DNA of 64,000 bases from an uncultured virus (IMG/VR IMGVR_UViG_3300008624_000520) (Duplodnaviria > Heunggongvirae > Uroviricota > Caudoviricetes). Below the pieces are notes generated by a model that made no database searches, was not told the origin of the DNA, and saw nothing but the letters and a program-made list of their open reading frames with translations. The stretch lies in the IMG/VR virus record IMGVR_UViG_3300008624_000520, positions 1-64,000 of that record. One strand, written 5' to 3'. Of this stretch, positions 38,196-47,360 are shown piece by piece (position 1 is the stretch's first letter; each line of letters opens with the position of its first letter). The translations under genes and the position numbers were made by a program.

Positions 38196-40143
38196 TTAGC
38201 CTACTGAGAAACTGAACGCTTTATATGCTTTTGATTTTCCTTTGAGTGTTGGTCCACCAGTACCAATACGTGATTTGAATTTTTTAGGTTTAGGTGCTTT
38301 GTACTTGCCTGGTTTTTTAATTGCGTATTTTTTAGCTTTTTTTCCAGAAGCACCACGTATTGGTTTGGCTGCTTTAAATTTCTTACTGACTGTTGCACTT
38401 CTTTTGCCTCTATTTTTCATACGATTAATTTCGTTCTTTCTTAACTGAGGCATTAATTTAACAGAAATACGACTAACTAACGGCTGGAATCTTTTTATCA
38501 TTCTTTCTAAACGTGCTTTCTCTGCTGGTGGTAGAGTGGATCTGTCCCTGCCTCTTAATAGACGTTTATAAACCATAAGTCTTGCACCACGTGTTGCCCT
38601 ACGTTTTAATCTATCTGGAGTAGAGCCACGTCTAAGTGCTATACCACGTGCTACTTTTAATTTTTGTCTATTACGTCTAGCAGCAAAACGTCTTTTCATA
38701 CGTCCTTGTACGGATAATTCTTCCGTAACTGCAATATCATTTAAAGAATCACCATCAAAGTCATCATAAGCTAATTCATCTGGATCATATAATCCCATTT
38801 TAACTTCTTGATCAAATGTTATGTTCTCTGCTTCTTTATCTAATGCTTTAACATCTTCCCAAGTAATTTCTCCACCTTCATATGCTCCTGTAAGGATGCC
38901 ATCTAAGTTTGATTGCCATTGTGCATTTACTGCATTGTCTTCAGGGTATTTTTCTTTGGAGTATTCAGCCTGTAATGGATTTATTTGATCTAAATTAAAC
39001 CCTTTATCTTCTGTTACTTTAACACCCTTCTCATCTTGTGGCTTTCTTGCTTTAATGTTTAAGGGTTTAATGGGATCATTTGCTGGATTGTCTTGTCCTG
39101 GTGTTAGCTTTTTAAAATAATCTCTTCCAATATCTGTGCCCCACTCATGACTGCCAGGACCCATTGCTGCTTTATATTCTGCTGTTTCAAAGATCCAACC
39201 TATCTTACTATTAATAGAATCGCCTGCTGCTAATGCTTTTTGTCCTATAGACCATGCTGGCTTAGGATATCTTTTTAAATTTTTGCCGATCCATTTGCCC
39301 TTAGGCTTATCGGATTTTAACGTGTAGGAACCTATTACGTTAGACTTAGGACTTGAAAAAACAAACGCTCCATCTTTACCGCTGTCTTTTTTCTTAACTT
39401 TTTTAACTGGTTTTTTAATAGGACGACCAGAAGCTGCGTCTTCTCTCTGTATCTGTGGGTGATGACTATCTTGTCCTACTCCCATTGACGGCCCTTTCCT
39501 AATCTTTTTTTTTGTCTTTTTAGCATAATGCTTAGCCATTTGATCTAGCTCTTTATCTGAAGGTCGTTTACTCCAGCTCTTAGGTGGATCGTAGTCTTTA
39601 GGAAATTTAATATCTTCTGCAAACCTAGCTTTTAATGCTGTCCTGGCATGCCTCATTTTCATTTCTTTTTTCCAATCACCCTGAGGGCCTGGCTTCAATC
39701 CCAATTTCTTTCTAATTTTGTTTTTAATTCTTTGTTTACCTTCTGTATATTCAGGCTCAAATTGTTGTGTAAAGGTTCCTTCTGCATAGGCCTTTTTGGT
39801 TGAATGTTTCCCTTTACCCCACATACTATTTTTAACATCTTTCATAGTGGGTGTAGGTTTTCTTGTAGACGATATTACTTTTTTACTTAATATTTTTTTA
39901 CTTAAAGCTTTGGTTGCTTTAATTTGTTTGTGTTTTTGACTCCAGCCCTTGTCTTGTCTTTCTAGATAATCTGCTGTTTTATAAACTGGATATTGTTCGT
40001 TAAAATCTTTCCACGCTGTTGCGTAAGCTATAGATTTTTCTCTTTTGGTGAGTTTGCCGTCCTTGGCGTAACTCTTTTTGATGTGTTTGACCATACGCTC
40101 GTGTTTAGCGGATGGTGGCGCTACTTCGCTAATCTTTTTTTTT
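38196..40143 (-). CDS. C-terminal part of a basic head-associated polyprotein; -1-frame continuation of 40121..41212
   Basis: Frame is open upstream of the ATG at 40094 to the A9 run, reading KKISEVAPPSAKHERMVKHIKK...AYATAWK. Confidence 0.65.
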
Positions 40144-41212
40144 GGGGGCGACCAAAAGAACCTATTTGGCCTATTGGGTTTTTGCTAGCATCTACTGATA
40201 ACCCTGTACGTTTCTCTGCTGCTTTAATGGATTTTCTTGCTTTTTCTAAACCACCAGACATTAATTTGGATAGGCTTTCTACCACTCTTTCTTGTTCATG
40301 AACCAAGCCTACAGTCTTGCCTTTCTTGTCTTTTACTGGTTTTCCTGTTTTTGAATATTCTTTTTTAAATATTTGCTTACCAGCTCTTCTAATATTCTTC
40401 ATCTGTTTAGAATCTAACTCATGAGGTGGTGTATCAGAAAGAACTTTATGTGTATATCTTTTTAATGTAGCAGGCGATAGTTCTTGTAAATCGTTAAACT
40501 CTCTAAAGTGACGTGCATATGGACCATACTTCTTTTTTAATCTTGCTTTAGCTTTTTTGGCATCAGCATCTGAAATTCTAAATCCGCCTGTATCATGCTT
40601 TGCTCTTTCTAACTTTCTTTGTTTTTCGTCTTGTCTTTCTGCTTTTGATTTTTTAGCTGCGTCCTTGTTACCTTTTAGTAAAAGAGATGATGGGTACTTC
40701 TCTTCTTTTTGAACATGATGTCTTTTAGGTGAACCACAGCTTCTACATTGATCACTTCTATTTTTCTCTGCGCCACAATCTCCACAGTCCCAACCTGTTT
40801 TGGCTGCTCTGCCACCGTCGTACATTTTTCTGGCTTCTCTAATATCTTCTACAACATTTTCAGGTATATCTAAATACTCTGCTGTTTCCTTTACAGACCA
40901 ATTAGTTTTAATACCTTTCTTTTTCATTTCTTTTTCTATTCTTTTATTGTGTAGCGCCATTGTTTTCTTATCAGTGTCTCCACCTGGGTCTGATTCAATA
41001 ATGTTTGAAATTCTTTCATAAAGTCCACGATCACCGGAAAGTCTTCCTCGTTTACTAACCTTTCTTAAATCGTCTTTTGCCACTCTTCTTGCTCCTTTAG
41101 AGCCGGCTCGTTTACTTTGTTTAGCTGCTGCTGGAGAATAACCACCGGAAGTTCGGCCCCATGTGCCTGCTTTAAGTCTTCCAATTTTTTTGTCAGTATT
41201 ACTGTTAGTCAT
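40121..41212 (-). CDS. N-terminal part of a basic head-associated polyprotein with an embedded zinc finger
   Basis: WDCGDC...CRSCG; FREFNDLQELSPATL; ends just after the C5A9 run. Confidence 0.65.
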   Translation of the reverse strand: MTNSNTDKKIGRLKAGTWGRTSGGYSPAAAKQSKRAGSKGARRVAKDDLRKVSKRGRLSGDRGLYERISNIIESDPGGDTDKKTMALHNKRIEKEMKKKGIKTNWSVKETAEYLDIPENVVEDIREARKMYDGGRAAKTGWDCGDCGAEKNRSDQCRSCGSPKRHHVQKEEKYPSSLLLKGNKDAAKKSKAERQDEKQRKLERAKHDTGGFRISDADAKKAKARLKKKYGPYARHFREFNDLQELSPATLKRYTHKVLSDTPPHELDSKQMKNIRRAGKQIFKKEYSKTGKPVKDKKGKTVGLVHEQERVVESLSKLMSGGLEKARKSIKAAEKRTGLSVDASKNPIGQIGSFGRPQKKRLAK

Positions 41213-41573
41213 CCTCTACGCCAATTTGTGCCTTATATTCATTATTTATACTTTTTTCATAGTAGACAATGATAGTTTTCTGCTGTTCTATATATCTTTT
41301 TAATTCTCCCATGTTTAGGGATAGATTTTCATAGTCAGGGACACTAATAGCGAAGAAAACAAAGTCTCCGTAGTCTTTTTCAAATTTTTCTTTAAATTCT
41401 TCGAAGTTATCTGCTGTTACAGCATAAAACTGTACAGGATATAGATTAACACCCTGTGGGTGACCCATTATAGGTATGTTTCTCTCTACAAACTTTGTCT
41501 GTACCTGTACTTCTTTTGGTAATAAACTACAGCTACTCAGGCTTATCAGCAGTGGTAGCAGTAGAATCTTCAA
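41205..41573 (-). CDS. o-spanin-like lipoprotein
   Basis: Probable TTG start; KILLLPLLISLSSC lipobox; overlaps the upstream i-spanin-like gene. Confidence 0.6.
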   Translation of the reverse strand: MKILLLPLLISLSSCSLLPKEVQVQTKFVERNIPIMGHPQGVNLYPVQFYAVTADNFEEFKEKFEKDYGDFVFFAISVPDYENLSLNMGELKRYIEQQKTIIVYYEKSINNEYKAQIGVEDD

Positions 41574-41913
41574 AGTCTTCGAATAACTTTTTTGTTGCAT
41601 TATTTACTCTCGTTTCTATTAACCCAGGTTTCCTCAGGGTTAGCATTGTTAAATCATGTGATCTTAATTTTTCTTGTAAGGCATCGCCATATTCTTCTGA
41701 TGCTTGTAATTTTACTTTCAATTCATCGTTGGCTAGTTGGAAAGCTCTATTATCTAGCGTCATTTGATCTATTGTTTCTTGGTTAGTTGTTGCTGCTATT
41801 GCTAATGCAGCATTATTTTCTGTTAGTCTTTCTATCTTTCTTTCTGACATCCAATAATAACCGCCAAAAGCTAGTATCATCGCAACTATTATTCCTATGA
41901 GTATTTTACTCAT
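41533..41913 (-). CDS. i-spanin-like protein
   Basis: N-terminal TM, coiled coil, KPGLIE.RVN.AT. Confidence 0.6.
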   Translation of the reverse strand: MSKILIGIIVAMILAFGGYYWMSERKIERLTENNAALAIAATTNQETIDQMTLDNRAFQLANDELKVKLQASEEYGDALQEKLRSHDLTMLTLRKPGLIETRVNNATKKLFEDFEDSTATTADKPE

Positions 41914-42145
41914 TTATTTTCCTCTCTAACTCGTCTATCTTGTTTGCGAGTAAGGGATAGTCCCTTCTCCATTTAACTTCTTTTTTGGCCACTTCTATAT
42001 CATATTTTTCAGACAAATAATTCATAAATTTATCTACCTTTAACTGAAACCATTTGCCTGCTTTAGTATTTAAAAACCATTTAGCAAATGCTGTACCAAA
42101 GGTAGCAGTTGCCATTGATATTAATAATCTATAAACTATTAACAT
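41906..42145 (-). CDS. Small membrane-associated protein
   Basis: Hydrophobic N-terminus; overlapping operon. Confidence 0.6.
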   Translation of the reverse strand: MLIVYRLLISMATATFGTAFAKWFLNTKAGKWFQLKVDKFMNYLSEKYDIEVAKKEVKWRRDYPLLANKIDELERKINE

Positions 42146-42765
42146 TTAAATTCTTCCGCAAGTAGGAATCTTTTAAAGTCTTTATATCCTGTTTCGCCTT
42201 CGTTTAACTTCATGCCTTCTCTTGTTGCTTTATATAATTTTTTAGCATGATCGTCAGCATGGTTAGTATGTAACCCTGCTTTAAACGATTTGTAATCACC
42301 ATTTCTAGCGTGGTCTCTCATTTTTGTACCACTAATTCCTGCTACACCTGTAGCATCAGGGTCTCTTTGGCCTGCTGAAAGTATATGTATTTTCTTATAA
42401 TTGTATTCTTTTCCATTATACTTTTTAGCTAATGATTTAAAGTCTTTTACTCTATCACTACCAACTACCATTGTTGCGTGTGTATGTCCTTCTTGATTAA
42501 ACTTCTTTAATTGGGCTAAGAAATGTGGGTGATCTTTTGTTGAATGCTCAAAATTAACATCTGGATGCACATGTCTTAAAAATTCTTTTTTATGTTCGTG
42601 GTGTAAAGGGTCTGCCTTATGATGTTGTTTATGACTCACTATTACAGCATGATTTGCCCCTATCTTATCTGCATGTGACTTAACTTTATCTACGACTTTG
42701 CTATGGCCAGCAGTAGGTGGGTTCATACGGCCGTATGAAAATACAATATGTTTGTCTTCTGCCAT
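42139..42765 (-). CDS. Phage cytidylyl/nucleotidyltransferase (HxGH superfamily)
   Basis: FSYGRMNPPTAGH, VVGSDRV, SAGQRDPD and ISGTKMR. Confidence 0.85.
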   Translation of the reverse strand: MAEDKHIVFSYGRMNPPTAGHSKVVDKVKSHADKIGANHAVIVSHKQHHKADPLHHEHKKEFLRHVHPDVNFEHSTKDHPHFLAQLKKFNQEGHTHATMVVGSDRVKDFKSLAKKYNGKEYNYKKIHILSAGQRDPDATGVAGISGTKMRDHARNGDYKSFKAGLHTNHADDHAKKLYKATREGMKLNEGETGYKDFKRFLLAEEFKC

Positions 42766-42766
42766 A

Positions 42767-42817
42767 TTAATTGCTACAAGTACATGGATCGCATTTACAG
42801 CTTTCGCATTTGCACAT
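42767..42817 (-). CDS. 16-aa six-cysteine micropeptide MCKCESCKCDPCTCSN
   Basis: AGGAGG 5 nt before the ATG; fills the gap exactly, with stop 1 nt before the next ATG. Confidence 0.7.
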   Translation of the reverse strand: MCKCESCKCDPCTCSN

Positions 42818-42831
42818 GATTGCCTCCTGTT

Positions 42832-43032
42832 TTATTCTTCATCTAATAACTCTTGTATTTCTTCTTCTAGACGATACCATTCCATACCTTTGGTTACTTC
42901 TTGCTGTTTTCTCAATTCTTCTATTCTTTGTTTCTTTCTTCGATACTCTTTTCCTTCTTCAAGCATCTTGTCAACTACTTTCTGCAACTTTTTAAAGTCT
43001 TCGTCCCCCATGGTTAACATATCCCAATACAT
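42832..43032 (-). CDS. Small charged hypothetical protein
   Basis: RBS aagga; operon position. Confidence 0.6.
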   Translation of the reverse strand: MYWDMLTMGDEDFKKLQKVVDKMLEEGKEYRRKKQRIEELRKQQEVTKGMEWYRLEEEIQELLDEE

Positions 43033-43036
43033 ATCC

Positions 43037-44188
43037 TTATCCTTTATTAAAATTAGCAGCGCTAAATTCTTTTCTGTCTACAAATTTAGAAGGTCTGCCA
43101 TTTCTTATAGCTACAAATCCTTCTGGTTTACTCTCTGCTCCTGCTATCTCATGCCCCCATTGTGACTTCTGAGATAGAGTGTTGGTTATAATATTCTTGG
43201 CCGATTGCAAATGTTTGTGCATATTCATAGGGCCTTCAAAGTGCTCTTTATTCTTATTTATGTGATCTATTGTATTATCTTTGGTTGTTTGATGCCTGGC
43301 CTTAGCTGCGTCAGTTTTTACACCATCTATTTTCTTTTGATGTGTAGCTGAATGATGTTCTACAAAACCTTCGTGGGAATGTTCTGTCCCTGTTCTTACC
43401 GTGTGGTTTATATACGTTTTTAAAGCAGTAGAGTGCTTACCTACTGTGTCGTGATGTTCGTCTGGTGTGTTTTTAAAGTGTGCTACTGCTTGTTGTAGGT
43501 GATGATCTACTTGTTTCCTGTCCTCTAAGGAGTATCTATTTTGAGATGTATCGTGTGTAGTATCCATCAAATGAACGTCCTTATGCCCCTTAAAATGGCT
43601 CATATCAGGGTTATGTACTGCCTTTAATGACTTAATGTCCTTGCCTTCGTACTGTGTATGTACTGCTAATCCTAGCTTAGCTTTCGATGCTTTTTTACCG
43701 TGTTCTGAATCTGCCGGGGCGTGATATGTAATTGTATTAGGTGTAAATTCTACTCTATTTCCGTTCTGCTTTACCCCTGTGTGCATAACATCTGCTTGAT
43801 ATATGCCTTGTGGTTTAATTTTATGTGCGTGATCTAATGATGCTTTAAGTTTTTCTACTAAACCTGGCGCATGGCCGTGATTCTTTTCTATATCTTCAGG
43901 TGTGTAGTTTATCTTAGGAGTTTTATTGAATGCTGATTTAGATGCTACAAAGAACTTCTTTGTTTCAGGATGCTCGCCGAATACAATAGCAGGACTGCCA
44001 TCGTATTTCATTGTAACAGCTGTGTCCTTACCACCCTTTCCAGATAGCTTTTTGTGCATATCATTAACGGTGTGAAAGGCATGTCCAAACCCTTTTTTGC
44101 CTGCATGTATGACGTGATCTTCGACATGCTCTAGGTGTTTGAGTTTGTCCTCATCTTGTTGTTCAGTTAAAAATTCAGTAAACCTCAT
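43037..44188 (-). CDS. Conserved T4-like protein with ligase-type KxDG motif (DUF6267-like)
   Basis: KHLEHVED, TMKYDGSPAIVFG, FFVASKS and PEGFVA; N-terminus MRFTEFLTE. Confidence 0.7.
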   Translation of the reverse strand: MRFTEFLTEQQDEDKLKHLEHVEDHVIHAGKKGFGHAFHTVNDMHKKLSGKGGKDTAVTMKYDGSPAIVFGEHPETKKFFVASKSAFNKTPKINYTPEDIEKNHGHAPGLVEKLKASLDHAHKIKPQGIYQADVMHTGVKQNGNRVEFTPNTITYHAPADSEHGKKASKAKLGLAVHTQYEGKDIKSLKAVHNPDMSHFKGHKDVHLMDTTHDTSQNRYSLEDRKQVDHHLQQAVAHFKNTPDEHHDTVGKHSTALKTYINHTVRTGTEHSHEGFVEHHSATHQKKIDGVKTDAAKARHQTTKDNTIDHINKNKEHFEGPMNMHKHLQSAKNIITNTLSQKSQWGHEIAGAESKPEGFVAIRNGRPSKFVDRKEFSAANFNKG

Positions 44189-44193
44189 ACCAG

Positions 44194-44201
44194 TATTTAT
44201 A
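44194..44201 (-). promoter_or_regulatory. T4 late promoter TATAAATA
   Basis: Exact consensus, 5 nt before the ATG at 44188. Confidence 0.75.
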
Positions 44202-44967
44202 ATAATTTAATGAACGGAAAATTTAATCTCTTCTTTACCGTTCCTTTTAGTTTTCTAACCTCTGACTCTCTTAAAGGAACATAAAAGAACTCATCATCTA
44301 TATATTTTGTCTTTGACTCGTCACCTTTTACTATTCCATGTCTCCCTAATCTATCTAAAACAATAGAAGTTTCTGTATATGTTACGTCTGCTCCTGTATC
44401 TAAAACTCTTTCTATGAATTCCTTATCACCAAAATGGTGGCCTGTGAAAGACTCATCATAACCTCCAGCTTCCCAGAACGTTTCTTTACCTATTACAAAG
44501 CAATTTCTATGTCCTGGTTGTTGCATTACTGTTTGTTTGGCTGGTACATAAGCATGATGATAATATAATTTGCCTTCTTCAAACTTTTTCCTTTTTAATC
44601 TAGCAATATCAGGAGCGTACATACGCATATCCATATCAAAAAATGCTATGAAATCTGTTTCTGCGTAGTGTGCTATTAAATTTCTACAACCATGTGAGTT
44701 GAACCCTAGGTTTCTAGTGCATTTCCATAGCTGTATGGTGGGTCCTGAATCAGGTATCCAAACATCTTTTAGTATTTCGTATGCTTGAAATATCTCTGAA
44801 CCATCATCGACGATAAATATATCTATTTGATCTGGCCAAGTCTGCCAAACTTTGATTTGTTCTTCTAAACGCTCCGGTTCTTGAAAATAAGTATAACCTG
44901 CTGTAAACCTATTCTTCAACCTGGATGTTCGTGATGTCTTCTGCGGGAAAGTCAATTGCGTCTCCAT
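44197..44967 (-). CDS. GT-A glycosyltransferase (GT2/GT7-like)
   Basis: IVDDGS, FFDMD and GGYDESF.G...GD.EF. Confidence 0.8.
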   Translation of the reverse strand: METQLTFPQKTSRTSRLKNRFTAGYTYFQEPERLEEQIKVWQTWPDQIDIFIVDDGSEIFQAYEILKDVWIPDSGPTIQLWKCTRNLGFNSHGCRNLIAHYAETDFIAFFDMDMRMYAPDIARLKRKKFEEGKLYYHHAYVPAKQTVMQQPGHRNCFVIGKETFWEAGGYDESFTGHHFGDKEFIERVLDTGADVTYTETSIVLDRLGRHGIVKGDESKTKYIDDEFFYVPLRESEVRKLKGTVKKRLNFPFIKLL

Positions 44968-45238
44968 ATCTTAACTGGAAATTTTCGTTATGTGTCAAAT
45001 TATTTTGTTCATAAACTTCATGACCTGTTATAACTTCAATAACTGTGGGAGTAATTCTTCCTTCTAATATATGTTGAAGTGAAGTTATCATTGCACCGAT
45101 TTCCTCTAGTGTAGGAACCTTGTTGGTTCTGCCTACAATGTATTCTCTACTACCAACTGACTGCCACATAGGAAAGTCTCTACTCTCTCCTTTGGACTCC
45201 CAAATGTTAGTGCATGCTACGACCTTCAGTTGAGGCAT
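44909..45238 (-). CDS. Hypothetical protein
   Basis: Operon position. Confidence 0.55.
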   Translation of the reverse strand: MPQLKVVACTNIWESKGESRDFPMWQSVGSREYIVGRTNKVPTLEEIGAMITSLQHILEGRITPTVIEVITGHEVYEQNNLTHNENFQLRYGDAIDFPAEDITNIQVEE

Positions 45239-45404
45239 CGTATATCTCCAGTTTATCTTTTACGTCAGCTATATCTATATTGTTTTTAACAGCTAATGTC
45301 TCAGCTGTATGTTTCCAATATGCTCTAAAGCTGGGTTCCATAGTTCTATTTTCTGCTTTTAAACAGTTAATCACTCTTTGTAGTGCTGTTGTTTTCATTT
45401 TCAC
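45207..45404 (-). CDS. Hypothetical protein
   Basis: RBS aggag; operon position. Confidence 0.5.
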   Translation of the reverse strand: MKMKTTALQRVINCLKAENRTMEPSFRAYWKHTAETLAVKNNIDIADVKDKLEIYDASTEGRSMH

Positions 45405-45831
45405 TCCTTGCGGTTCTACTTCTGAGATCAGTTGTGCTAAACGAATGATCTCTTTTATTATAAATTATTTCAATTTTTCTTTGATGGCATATTGCCTTTG
45501 CTGTAAATTCCTTACTTTTATATTCTTCACCTATAATTCTTACATTTAAAGGTAAGGTTAAAAATAAGTCCTCTAAGTCTTTTTCAGTATTGTACATGAC
45601 TATCTCATCTACAAATTTTACACCTGCTAATTGTATTTGTCTTTCTACAATACTTTGGACAGGATAATTCTTCTCTGATCTATCGATGGTTGGGTCTACT
45701 TGTAAAGCTGCTATTAAATAATCACAATGTCTTTTGGCTTCTTCTAACATTACAATATGGCCAGCATGTAGAAAATCAAACGTGCTACATGTTATTCCTA
45801 CCTTGCCAACATCCTTATAATCTAATCGCAT
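45367..45831 (-). CDS. Glycerol-3-phosphate cytidylyltransferase-like protein (TagD family)
   Basis: STFDFLHAGH, QSIVER.IQL and R.HSFSTT.LR. Confidence 0.85.
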   Translation of the reverse strand: MRLDYKDVGKVGITCSTFDFLHAGHIVMLEEAKRHCDYLIAALQVDPTIDRSEKNYPVQSIVERQIQLAGVKFVDEIVMYNTEKDLEDLFLTLPLNVRIIGEEYKSKEFTAKAICHQRKIEIIYNKRDHSFSTTDLRSRTARSENENNSTTKSD

Positions 45832-46319
45832 ACTTCCTTACCCCATCTCTCGATTTCGTCTGTTATATAGTCTGGCAAATCTGAAGGATCACCATCTATT
45901 TTATCATGTTCTATTTTAAACCAACCACCACTCTCTTCTCTAATGTCTATATCTTCATCTCTCCACCAATAGACACCAGCAAAATTATAAAACTCATCCA
46001 CATAAGTCATGGTTAATTTAATATTTGGATCTAATCCGGATAAGTCTTCTGATAATATTCTAAAGAAATTGTTAGGCGAAATCCAGGCGGAAGTAATACT
46101 TACTTCTGTTCCCATGAATTCAGTGACGTTAGCTTTTCTAGGACCTATGTTGAATTCCATAAATTCAACGTCAGCATATTCATCATCAGGTAAGATGTGA
46201 GAATATTCTAGTCCTGTTTCACCGATTTCTTCCAACCAGTTAAATACATCTAGAAATGCTTCTTCTGACTCTTTGTTGCCTGATACGAATTTTATGGTGC
46301 TATAGACGTTGTTTGCCAT
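45822..46319 (-). CDS. Hypothetical acidic protein
   Basis: TSAWISP and YVDE..NFAG. Confidence 0.6.
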   Translation of the reverse strand: MANNVYSTIKFVSGNKESEEAFLDVFNWLEEIGETGLEYSHILPDDEYADVEFMEFNIGPRKANVTEFMGTEVSITSAWISPNNFFRILSEDLSGLDPNIKLTMTYVDEFYNFAGVYWWRDEDIDIREESGGWFKIEHDKIDGDPSDLPDYITDEIERWGKEVCD

Positions 46320-46530
46320 TTTTCTTCCTTTGGTTGACGAATTCTTTTGCCATTTCTTTAGAGTACTCCTCTCCTACTTTTTTATCTGGATTAAATACAA
46401 AGTTCGTAAAAACTTCTTCTCCATCTCTAATATATGTTACCTTGTGCATATGTTCTCCACAGCTTTCTCTACTGTATTCAACATTTGCGCCTAAAAATTC
46501 GTCTCCAAAAGAAGCAACTAGCACATTCAA
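46300..46530 (-). CDS. Hypothetical protein
   Basis: ATGA overlap with the upstream gene. Confidence 0.55.
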   Translation of the reverse strand: MNVLVASFGDEFLGANVEYSRESCGEHMHKVTYIRDGEEVFTNFVFNPDKKVGEEYSKEMAKEFVNQRKKNGKQRL

Positions 46531-46733
46531 TCCTTGCGGAAATGTTTATCAATTGCTAATAGTTTATCTTCTGCCTCAGCAATCTTTATTAATTCTCCAT
46601 CGATTGCTGCTATAATATCTGGGTGCTCTCCTATTCCTGCTGGATTTGTCAAGTAGACTATTATGTTAGCTTTGGCAGAGCCTATCTCACCATTGTATTT
46701 TGCTACTAAACCTTCTATTAATTGTTGTTTCAT
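46527..46733 (-). CDS. Conserved T4-like small protein
   Basis: YL.NPAGIGEHPDI motif. Confidence 0.75.
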   Translation of the reverse strand: MKQQLIEGLVAKYNGEIGSAKANIIVYLTNPAGIGEHPDIIAAIDGELIKIAEAEDKLLAIDKHFRKD

Positions 46734-46746
46734 ATTCTTTCCTGTC

Positions 46747-46822
46747 TGGAGCTAGAGATAGGACTTGAACCTACGACCTGAGGTTTACAAAACCCCTGCT
46801 CTACCATCTGAGCTACTCTAGC
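46747..46822 (-). tRNA. tRNA-Thr(UGU)
   Basis: GCTAGAG acceptor stem, D loop TAGCTCAGATGGTAGAGC, anticodon arm GGGGT-TTTGTAA-ACCTC, GGTTCAAGTCC T arm, encoded CCA; 76 nt. Confidence 0.95.
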
Positions 46823-47079
46823 ATTTAAATCTAGTAGGCCTTTTATTTTTGTTACAGTAGTCACGCATGCGCTTGTTATATACCTAGGACTCTGTTTATT
46901 TATCATAGTTTTTTCTCATCATAGTTATTTGTGGTGTTTTAGCACTGACGCAAAGGCAAACCACATACCTGTCTCACCTATTCTGTTGCCAATCCAGGTG
47001 GCAGATCCGAATCTAAGTCAAAATGTGCAGGGATACAGGAAAAAATTATCAAACTATATCCCTCCACGGTCAAGCATCC

Positions 47080-47334
47080 TTATGAAAAGCTAACGTTAGC
47101 TGCGTGTGCTGCTGCTACCATAGCTCGACTTGGGGTGCCAAGGCGATAAGTTGTATTACCTGCCTTGTTCACGTTGGTATAAATTGCATACCCTGCAGCT
47201 CTGAGTTCTGAAACTCTAGCTGGGAGTTGCTGAATACCAAGACGTGATCTAGCTTGTCCAATAGACAAGCTTTTGCCAGTGTTCAAAAAATTCAAGATTT
47301 TTTGAGGCTGACTTACCACTTTACGAGTTCCCAT
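47080..47334 (-). CDS. Winged helix-turn-helix protein
   Basis: QARSRLGI..LPARVSELR..GY.I...YRLGTPS; GGAGG before the ATG at 47334. Confidence 0.7.
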   Translation of the reverse strand: MGTRKVVSQPQKILNFLNTGKSLSIGQARSRLGIQQLPARVSELRAAGYAIYTNVNKAGNTTYRLGTPSRAMVAAAHAANVSFS

Positions 47335-47360
47335 GTTATAGGCCTCCATATTATTGGTTA

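Noticed and set aside
39505..39513. Second A9 run (minus strand)
   Set aside because: The reading frame continues through it as Lys codons, so there is no evidence of recoding.
46947..46962. c-di-GMP-I riboswitch-like words GACGCAAAG and GGCAAACC
   Set aside because: Wrong order, no GNRA stem between them, and antisense to local transcription.
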